The position numbers and the translations under genes were made by a program. 64,000 nucleotides of DNA from Ostreococcus lucimarinus (Eukaryota), in NCBI GenBank assembly GCA_000092065.1, contig CP000591.1; one strand, 5' to 3'. Within the stretch, counting starts at the first letter, position 1; each line of letters starts with the position of its first letter. Below are positions 38,695 to 47,500 of this stretch, piece after piece. Under the pieces are notes generated by a model. The model did not search any database, was not told the origin of the DNA, and worked only from the letters and a program-made list of their open reading frames with translations.

Positions 38695-40275
38695 TTAACC
38701 CACGATCGCCGACGGCTTGATGAGCAGCGGCTTGGCCTGCGCCAAGTCCTCGAGCGAGGCGGCCAACTTTTGATTCGTTCTCGCGAAGAATTCACGAGCG
38801 CTCTTCGCCTTCTTTGTCTCTTCCACTCTGACCACATCCCCGTCTAAGATGACACTCATGTCACCGCAGTAAACCTCCTCACCATCCAACGCGCTCGCTC
38901 CACCCGTCCACTCCTTCACGGTGTACCCTTGTACGAACGCCTTCAAGCTCGCCTTCAGACTCTCCACGGGCGTCTCGACGAGCGCCGCGAGTTTGTCGAG
39001 CTTGATCGACGTGTACATTCGCAAGTATCCACGAAGCTTGGGAATTACGGCGTGCGTAGCGACGGAGTCCAAGAACGCCTTGAGCTGCGTCTTGTGCGCC
39101 TCGGAGTTGTCTCCGTCGCCGCTCGCGACAAACTTTGGGCACGCGTACGAAAAGAGGTCGTCGAAGACGGCGACTTCGCCGCTCGTCATCCGGTTAACCT
39201 TTTCGCTATACTTTTGGTGCAAACCCAAAGAAACGGACCCATCGAGTAAGTACTGCTGGCCCGGAACGAGCGCCATGGTGATAGCGATCAACGCGTACAT
39301 TTGTTCTTGCTTCTTCAACAAGAGCGGCAGCGCGTGCGGACGTGCGGCGCCAAACCTCAGCCGTTCGACGTACTGGATGCTTTCGTTAAAGTGACGAATG
39401 GCGTCCGTGTATCGGCCGAGCATAAAGTAGGCGAACCCGACGTGATACGAAGTCGCGACGTAGGCGCCCGGAATCTTCTTGAACAACCCATCCTTGTCCA
39501 AATCCACGGCGTCGAGCGCGGCGAGCGCTCCTTCGTAATCGCCCGTCAAAACGTGCAAGCGGCAGATACCAATCTGCGCGCAGTACCCGAGCGTGGGCAA
39601 AACGTTACTCGAATCAAGCGCGTACCCTTCGTTCGCCGCAAACGAAATCTCTCCCGCGCGCTCGCGCTCGAGCACGCGCACGATGTCGCTCTTATCCACC
39701 AGCGCCTTTAAAAAATTCAACATGCTCGTGCGATCCCAAACTTGCGCGTCCAACGCCTTGATCGCCTGTAACTCCTCGCTCGTGCGCTTCGAGCTGCCTT
39801 TAAACTGTCGGAACGACTGAAACTGATACACGAACTCATCCACCATCTCGTACAACCACACGTTCGGCAACTGCATGTTGGCGTCGCCGTGCAACAACGC
39901 GCCGAAGAGTTCGCAATAGTTTTCCCACGACCCCTTCCGTTCGTTCGCGCTCGGCGTCGTCGCTTGGTGCAGGTGTCGGTAATAAAGCTCCGCGTACAGC
40001 ATCTTAAACACCGGATCGTTCTCCGCGTACGTCGCGATCGCATCGGGCGTCGGCCACGCCGTCTTCTTGAAGAAGCGTTCGCCGATCGCCGGAAACGAGC
40101 GCTCGTACATCGTCAGCGTCTCGTACACTGCGCGGATCCGCCTCGCCGTCGGCGACGTCGTCAGTCATCGCGCGCATCGCGCACCGCGCGCCTCCTCGGC
40201 GACCGCGCCGTCCCGACGCCTCCTCCGCGCCCGCGCCGCGCGTTCGATCGCGCGCGCGCGCAAAACCTCTCGCGT

Positions 40276-40308
<33 letters not shown>

Positions 40309-40387
40309 CACCGTTCTTCTCGCGAATGTGTCGATAAAAGTACGTCACGAACTGTTTCACCGCATCCCTCGCGCTCGCGGACGCCAT
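38695..40387 (-). CDS. EIF3L: translation initiation factor eIF3 subunit L, exons 40387..40312 and 40127..38695
   Basis: Exon 1 MASASARDAVKQFVTYFYRHIREKN matches human EIF3L VIKNFIQYFHKTV. Exon 2 ...ERFFKKTAWPTPDAIA...VFKMLYAELYYRHL...LPNVWLYEMVDEFVYQFQSFRQF... is collinear with EIF3L through the PCI domain. Confidence 0.8.
40128..40311 (-). other. spliceosomal intron (predicted, 184 nt, phase 1) with (CGCGA)n run
   Basis: Minus-strand donor AACG|GTGCGCGCGCGACGCGACGCGACGCGACGCGACG, branch-like GATGACTGACGACG, acceptor CCGCGCAG|TG. Confidence 0.7.
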
Positions 40388-40389
40388 CG

Positions 40390-40392
<3 letters not shown>

Positions 40393-40430
<38 letters not shown>
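40393..40430. repeat. (GTC)11 microsatellite in eIF3L/DIS3 bidirectional promoter
   Basis: gcgtcgtcgtcgtcgtcgtcgtcgtcgtcgtcgtctga lies between the eIF3L start (40387, -) and the DIS3 start (40672, +). Confidence 0.7.
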
Positions 40431-40671
40431 TGAGGGCGGCGCGCGGTCGCGTCGGCGCGCGGCGCGGCGCGAAACCGACGGTGCGAACGCGCGATCGACG
40501 GCGCGAGGTTCGATCGCGCGCGATCATCGACGGCGCGAGGGTCATCGCCGATCGCGATCTCGAATCCGCGCCCGCATCGACGTCGCGACGAAAAAGCGCA
40601 CGCGCGACCGCGCGGGCCGGCGACGCGACGGACGACGACGCGCGCGACGACGGACGACGCCGACGCGCGCG

Positions 40672-43620
40672 ATGCACCGCGTCGGGAAGACGTTCGTCAA
40701 GACGACGAAGCGCGGGCAGGCGGTGACCAAGGTGCGACGGGAGCGGTACCTGCGCGACGACGTGTACGTCGGATGCGGGGACGCCGCCGTCGAGGCGCGG
40801 TATCGAGGACGCGACGAGGCGCTGTACGTGCTTCGACCGGAGCGCCGAGGCGCGAAAAGCGAGCGAACGATCGCGCTGATCGATTCGAACGTCGCGCTGC
40901 ATCAGATGGACGCGCTGGCGGACGCGAGGGTGACGGATGTGGTGATTTGCGCGACGGTGATGGAGGAGACGCGAAACAAGTCGCGGACGTCGTACGAGCG
41001 GTTACGAGGATTGTGTAAGGATAAAGAGAAGCGGTTTTACGTGTTTAGTAATGAGAATCACGCGGAGACGTACGCGGAAGACGTCGCGGGGGAGTCGGCG
41101 AACGATCGGAACGATCGAGCGATACGCAAGGCGGCGGCGTTTTATCGCCGAGCGATTCCGCGCGCGGCGTGCGAACGCGTGACGCTCGTGACGAATGATC
41201 GAGGAAACGCGAGAAAGGCGCGAGAGGAGAATATAGACGTGATGAGCGTGATTGAATGGATACAGTCGATCTCAAACGACGCGAGCTTGGTGGATTTGGT
41301 CGTCCCGGGCGGAGGGGCGGAGATTCCCGAGGACGAACGCGACGCCAAGCGAGCGAAGAGCGGCGGCGGCGCGAGCGCGAGCGTTTTCGAGGCGTATCTC
41401 GACGCGAATGACATCAAGGAAGGTTTAGCGAGTGGAAAATTGATCAAAGGCGGCGTTCGAACGTCTAGATATAACCCTTTTGAGGCGCACGTGATGAATG
41501 AAGGTACCGGAGAAGGCGTACTGCTGAGCGGACGCGCGGCGATGAATCGCGCCATCGACGGCGACTTGGTCGCCGTGGAAATCTTGCCCGAATCCCAATG
41601 GATTCGTCCGGGTGGTATGATCATCACCGGTACCGCAGAAGAAGACAAAGAGACGTCCTCCGCGGACGTCGACGCGAAGGACGACGCCGGCGGACTGGCG
41701 CCGGAGACTGCGGATGAAACGGACGTCGCTGTCGCGGCGACGAAGGCGTCGGGCGTCGTTCCCACGGGAAAAGTTGTAGGTATCATTCGGCGCAACTGGC
41801 GCGAACGCGGTTATGCGGCGTCGGTCGACATGGGAAGAGACGGCAAAGGTCCAACCGCAGCCGGTGGCGGCTTCGCATCGCGCGTCTTGTGCGTGCCGAG
41901 CGATAGACGATTTCCAAAGATTCGCATCCAGACGCGCCAACTCGAAGGCTTGCTTGACCAGCGCATCGTCGTCGTCATCGACGATTGGCCCGCGGATAGC
42001 ATGTACCCCGAAGGGCACTACGTCAAGTCGCTCGGATTGATCGGTAGCGTCGATGCCGAAACACAGGCACTTCTGCTCGAAAACGACGTTGACGATCGAC
42101 CGTTCGCGCCGGCGGTGTACGCGTGCGTGCCCGCCTTGCCGTGGAAAGTCACCGACGACCATCTCGCCGAACCCGGTCGCGAGGACTTGCGCGATTTATT
42201 GGTGTGCAGCGTCGATCCTCCGGGGTGTAAAGACATCGACGATGCGCTGAGCGCGCGCGATATCGACGACGAGCGCATTGAAATCGGCGTGCACATCGCT
42301 GACGTGACGTCGTTTCTGTTCCCAGACACCGCCATGGACGAAGAGGCGGCGCGTCGAGGGACGACGACGTACTTGGTGCAACGCCGTTTGGACATGCTTC
42401 CGGGAGCGCTGACGACGGACATATGCTCTTTGGTTGGAGGTCAAGAGCGCTTGGCGTTTTCGGCGTTTTGGATCGTGCAAAAGTCCACGATGCTTCCGGA
42501 TGAAACCGTCAAACCACGATTTACGAAGAGCGTCATCAAGAGCGCGGCGGCGTTGACGTACGAGCAAGCGCAGACGCGAATCGACGATGCATCTTTGAAC
42601 GATGATTTGACGCTCAGCTTGAGGCGACTTCGTGATGTCGCAAGACAGCTACGCAAGCGGCGCATGGCGAACGGCGCGCTGACATTGGCTTCGCCCGAGG
42701 TGCGATTCGAGATGGATCAGCAGTCGAGCGATCCGCTCGACGTGGGCATGTACGTCACGCGCGAGACGAATCAAATGGTTGAAGAAATGATGTTGTTAGC
42801 CAACGTCAGCACCGCGGAGCGTATTTTGCAAGCATATCCCGCGGCGGCGATGTTACGCCGTCACCCGATTCCCGAGCAGAAAATGTTTGAGCCCTTACTC
42901 AAGGCGGCCAAGGCGTGCGGCGTGGACATTGACACGCAATCCAACCGCACGCTCGCGGCGAGTCTAGACGCCGCCGTGCGACCGGAAGACGCGTATTTCA
43001 ACACGCTATTGCGCTTACAAGCGACGCGGTGCATGTCACAGGCGGTGTACTGCAGCTCGGGCCAATACGCTGGACCAGAGCGCATGCACTACGGTCTCGC
43101 CATGCCGTTGTACACGCACTTTACGTCGCCGATTCGTCGGTACGCCGACGTAATCGTACACAGATTACTGAGTGCGGCGATCGGGCTGTGTCCTCGTCAC
43201 AAGTCGTTGGAGGACTCCGATCACGTCAAATCCGTCGCAGACGTCTGCAACGTGCGTCATCGCAATTCTCAGCAAGCCGGTCGCGCGTCCGTAGAGTTAC
43301 ACACCTTGGTGTTTTTCCGCAAGCGCAAAATTGTCGCCGACGCGCGCGTCTTCAAAGTGCGCGCAAACGGACTCGTGGTTTTTGTCCCAAAGTTTGGCAT
43401 CGAAGGACCTGTGCTCTTCGTCGAGGGCGAAAATAGCGACACCGCGACTTGTACGCTCGACGAAGACGCTATGACGGTGACGCACAAAGGAAAGACGTGG
43501 AAAGTTTTCGACCGGCTCACCGTGCGAGTGGAGGTCGAACAACTCCCTGCGCATCGGAGTCGTTTGCTCATCACCATCGTTCCTGACGACACTCCGCGCG
43601 GGGAGATCGCGAGCGCGTGA
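40672..43620 (+). CDS. DIS3: exosome catalytic subunit DIS3/RRP44 (PIN + CSD + RNB + S1)
   Basis: The N-terminus MHRVGKTFVKTTKRGQAVTKVRRERYLRDDVYVGC matches human DIS3 MLKSKTFLKKTRAGGVMKIVREHYLRDDIGCG (PIN/CR3 region). The RNB catalytic region is CSVDPPGCKDIDDALS...GVHIADVTSF. The track ORF began at 39889 inside the opposite-strand eIF3L gene; the start is moved to 40672. Confidence 0.85.
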   Translation: MHRVGKTFVKTTKRGQAVTKVRRERYLRDDVYVGCGDAAVEARYRGRDEALYVLRPERRGAKSERTIALIDSNVALHQMDALADARVTDVVICATVMEETRNKSRTSYERLRGLCKDKEKRFYVFSNENHAETYAEDVAGESANDRNDRAIRKAAAFYRRAIPRAACERVTLVTNDRGNARKAREENIDVMSVIEWIQSISNDASLVDLVVPGGGAEIPEDERDAKRAKSGGGASASVFEAYLDANDIKEGLASGKLIKGGVRTSRYNPFEAHVMNEGTGEGVLLSGRAAMNRAIDGDLVAVEILPESQWIRPGGMIITGTAEEDKETSSADVDAKDDAGGLAPETADETDVAVAATKASGVVPTGKVVGIIRRNWRERGYAASVDMGRDGKGPTAAGGGFASRVLCVPSDRRFPKIRIQTRQLEGLLDQRIVVVIDDWPADSMYPEGHYVKSLGLIGSVDAETQALLLENDVDDRPFAPAVYACVPALPWKVTDDHLAEPGREDLRDLLVCSVDPPGCKDIDDALSARDIDDERIEIGVHIADVTSFLFPDTAMDEEAARRGTTTYLVQRRLDMLPGALTTDICSLVGGQERLAFSAFWIVQKSTMLPDETVKPRFTKSVIKSAAALTYEQAQTRIDDASLNDDLTLSLRRLRDVARQLRKRRMANGALTLASPEVRFEMDQQSSDPLDVGMYVTRETNQMVEEMMLLANVSTAERILQAYPAAAMLRRHPIPEQKMFEPLLKAAKACGVDIDTQSNRTLAASLDAAVRPEDAYFNTLLRLQATRCMSQAVYCSSGQYAGPERMHYGLAMPLYTHFTSPIRRYADVIVHRLLSAAIGLCPRHKSLEDSDHVKSVADVCNVRHRNSQQAGRASVELHTLVFFRKRKIVADARVFKVRANGLVVFVPKFGIEGPVLFVEGENSDTATCTLDEDAMTVTHKGKTWKVFDRLTVRVEVEQLPAHRSRLLITIVPDDTPRGEIASA

Positions 43621-43678
43621 AGAGCGGTACGAAGTAGAATATTGTACAACACGATATCAGTAGGGCTGCTACGAGCGG

Positions 43679-44383
43679 CTATGAAAAAAACGGCGCCTTG
43701 CAAACGCACGTCCGACGATTCCCTTGGCACACTCCCTCGAAGCTAGGAAATCGCTTCGAAAAGCTCGGTTCCGGGGCGATGGCTAACAGTTTTGCCTTTT
43801 CGCACGCCAACTTCTCGTCGTCGTCCTTCAACGCGTACCAATGCCTGTATAACCGCACAGATTTCACGCAATCCCCCGCGGCGTCGTGCGTCTCCGCCAC
43901 CTCCGTCGCCAACAAGCACCGCACCAAATGGTCTTGCCCGAACACGCTCCACGACTTGTACTGCGCGTTAAACACGCGCCATATCCCGCATAAATCGATT
44001 AAATCGCCGTAATCCACACCTCTGACCAATCCGAGCCACTGTTCGACGTCCTTCAGCACGCCTTGCCCGACGATGACGCACCGCGCGTCGAGCGCCTTCT
44101 TCGTCGCCGCCACCGCCTCCGCGAACGACACCCCGCGCTCGGCGAGCAACTGCTCGGTGAGTCCGGTGAGGGGGGTCAAATAACTCACCACAGGTTTCTC
44201 CTGCTTCACGTACACGTTCAACAGCGTTTGCTCCGTGCGCGCGTCGACGATTGCGATTTGCGCCACCGCTCGGTCGTTGTGCGTCGTGCCGTTGGCGACG
44301 CACTCGACGTCGATGGAGACGACGCGCGGCGACACGGCGTACGGGTCGTACGTGCGTGTTTCGTCGCGCGCGGGGGATTGCAT
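43679..44383 (-). CDS. DEDDh-type 3'-5' exoribonuclease (REX/ISG20-like)
   Basis: Exo I VVSIDVECV, Exo II IVGQGVLKDV, Exo III THDAAGDCVKSVRLY (H-x4-D). The start is taken at MQSPARDE (44383); an alternative ATG lies at 44464. Confidence 0.5.
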   Translation of the reverse strand: MQSPARDETRTYDPYAVSPRVVSIDVECVANGTTHNDRAVAQIAIVDARTEQTLLNVYVKQEKPVVSYLTPLTGLTEQLLAERGVSFAEAVAATKKALDARCVIVGQGVLKDVEQWLGLVRGVDYGDLIDLCGIWRVFNAQYKSWSVFGQDHLVRCLLATEVAETHDAAGDCVKSVRLYRHWYALKDDDEKLACEKAKLLAIAPEPSFSKRFPSFEGVCQGNRRTCVCKAPFFS

Positions 44384-44551
44384 GATGCGTGCACGGCGAT
44401 GCGCGCGCTGGGCGCGATGTGCGGGCTCGGCGTCGCGGAGCGTCGGCGCAAACGTCTGCGACAATCGGGGCGCGGTTCGCTCAAATTTCCTAGATCAATT
44501 CACATTCTACTACTGCAATAAGCCTGTTAATATCATACTATGGTGTGGCGC

Positions 44552-47500
44552 TCACGGCACCGCGGTCTCGGCTTGAATCACTTGCGTCGCCGACTCGACG
44601 GCTGGCGTCGACGCGTCGTCTTGCGCGGCCTGGGTGGAGACGAGATACGCCGAGTCCACGCCAGTCTCGCCAGCGGCGCACGACGTGGAATCGAACGCAC
44701 GGTTCGGATACGTAGGTTTCGGCGGCAATTCGACGCTTTCGGTGCCCATCAAGTCCAGGATGGAGGCGATCGCAGCGTCGAGTTGGGCGTCCTTCCCGTG
44801 AAACGTCGCCACTGGTAAGTTGGACACGAGAACGTCAGGGGTGACGCCCTTTTGCTCGATCGCCCAGTCTCCGTTGATGTACGGGCCAAAGGATGGAATG
44901 GTGAACCCCGAACCGTCCACTAGACGAAGTTCGGGGTGGCCGCTGTACCCGATGGCGCCTCCCCAAGTGCGCTCGCCGATCACCGGACCGATGCCGAGCT
45001 GTTGAATTCCGAGCGCGAACATCTCGGCGTCGCTGCTTGTTTGCTCGTCAATCAGCACGACAACTTTGCCTCTAAACGTGTATTGCATCGTCGTGTCGCC
45101 GGCACCGCTTCGTTCGGTGTCGAACATCCACGCCACGCGACGAAGACGCTCGAGCAGCCACGTGTCAATGTTTCCGCCGGCGTTGCGACGGACGTCGATG
45201 ATTAAGCCCTTCTTGCGCACGTTCGGGTAAAACTGAGCGGCGAAGTCGTCGAAGGAATTACTCGAACCGCGCCCTTCTTGCTCCATGTCTTCCAAGTAAA
45301 CGTATGCCACGTCGTCGTTGGTCTGGCTCTTCACGTACTCCCGCTTTTGAACGACAGCATCCGCGGCTTCTAAAACGTCGCACTCCTCAAGCATGAGCGG
45401 CATGACGATGATCATCTCCGTTGTCGGTGCGGGCTGCTCATTTTCGTCATCGCCCTTATGTTCCTTCCCGGCCAACTTCGCGTCAGCGTGCACATCACCG
45501 TTTTTCAACGGTCCGACACTGTGCCGCGGCTGACCCAGCGGAAGTCTGGGCGCCCCTGGGGTGGCGTGCTTACGAACCAGGCTCGCCATGTGCGGATCCC
45601 GAAGCGTCTTCGTCGCGGTGCTCGCGCCGCCGAGTTGAGACGACGCCATACCCATGCCACCACCCATCATCTGCTGCATCATGCGCAACTCTTTCATCTT
45701 TTGCAAATCCTCCTCGTCTTTTCGCTCCTGCTCCGACCGCGGCGATTTGATGACTTCGAGTAAGACTTGCATCCCAGCTTTGCCGCGAAGCAAATTCGAC
45801 AGAGGCAACTCGGTGGAGTTGACGAGAACGCCATCAATTTTGGCGATGATGTCTCCCGCCTGCAGTTTGACGTGCGAATAAAGTGAAGAACGACTCAATG
45901 ATGACTGCGGAGCCTCCAAGATCCCCGAACTTTCGTGAATGTACGCGATTTTCAAACCCAACGGTGTCATTTCGAAATTCGCGCCGAGGCACGCCGAGGG
46001 CGAACCGAGCGGAAGCACGGGATCGTCAGAATGAACGGATACGAACACGTGCAACGCGGAGAGCTCACCGAAGGCTTGGGCTAAAATGTCCCGCAACTCG
46101 CCCTTGGCAGATATTTTATATACCAATGGGCGATAGCGATCGGTGATGGATGTCCAATCGACTCCGTGCAATTTTGGGTCATAGAAGGCATCTCTCATGT
46201 TGCGCATCGCCTCCTCGTACATTTGCAGCCATTCCTCGCGAGGATTCACGATGACACCGAAAGTGTCCGGAGGGTACCAAACTTCGGCTCCACGAAGAGC
46301 GGATTCTTGATCCAATCCTGGCTGTAATACGCCCTTGGCGGACAAAAGCGCGACACCCTGTTCGGTGACGAGGGTGAAGACTTGCATGTCCCCGCTCACG
46401 ACTACCGCCATAGGATCGGGATACAACGGCAAGATTTGACGCGAGTACATGCTGTACACCGCGACGATGACCTGGTCATCTTCAACCAAGGTAAGGAGCA
46501 TCCCGCTTCCGTCGCCGATGATGTTGAAGCCCAAGTATTGGGCCTCTGGCAAGTCGGGGACAACTTGCGCTCGCTGCTCGATGTTTTTCGTCGAAATCAT
46601 CGTCGGTAACGCCTTGCCAAACTCTGCATCGAACACGCTGCCTTCAGGATTCAACTCGTCACCGATGAAAAACGGACACGTCATGCCAATACGCAACGGA
46701 ACACACATCAATCGAGACGTCTCATAAAACATCGGCTCAGCACCGCGTGCGCCGTACGGCGAACTCCCGCCCGAGGCGATTTGCTGATCGCTGAAGTAGT
46801 ACAAGTACAAGCCGTCGGGTGAAAATTTTGGACTGTGCGCGTTGTAACTCGGCGTCGTGATTCGCGTACTTTCCCCAGACGTCACATTCAACACGTGAAT
46901 GGATGAAAAATCGTTTTCTTCATCCTTGGCGAACGCGATGTACGAGCTATCGGGGCTCCACGCCAAGCCGTACACGCCCTCCGGACGGAAACCATTCAAC
47001 ATGGTGTCAATACTCGCTATGCCGTCGATATCGGCGTAAACCGACGACGCTTTGTCATCGGACTTTTCTTTCCCCAAGCCGATGCTCGCCAAGTGTAGAC
47101 TCGCACGGCGCCCCGATACGCGTCTTCCGACGCGCGCGGCGCGGCGCGCGGCGCGGCGCGCGGCGGGGCTTCTGCCCAACATTGGCTTAGGGCGCTGAGG
47201 GCCCGCGGGCGATGCATCCGGCCTGCCCGGTTTACTTTGACGTTTGGCGAGCTTCGCTGAAATTGGCTCAGGTTCCGTGGTTCGATACAACGCCGTATTC
47301 ACCGCCGTCTCCGTCAAGTTGACGAGCTTCAAATTCCCATCCGTGTCGGCGAGCAACAGGGCGGTATTGTCCGGAGAGATGGAGCTAAACTCCATGGCAC
47401 CTTTGATCTTGCCGCCGGTCGTGATCTTCGTCTCTCTCCACGGTCCACCTTCGATTTGACGCTCGAGCAAGACGTACTCGTATTCGCCCGATGCGTCAGA

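Noticed and set aside
39889-40671. N-terminal 261 codons of the 1243-aa ORF track entry for DIS3.
   Set aside because: They overlap the eIF3L gene and promoter on the opposite strand, are Arg-rich, and DIS3 homology begins exactly at MHRVGKTF (40672).
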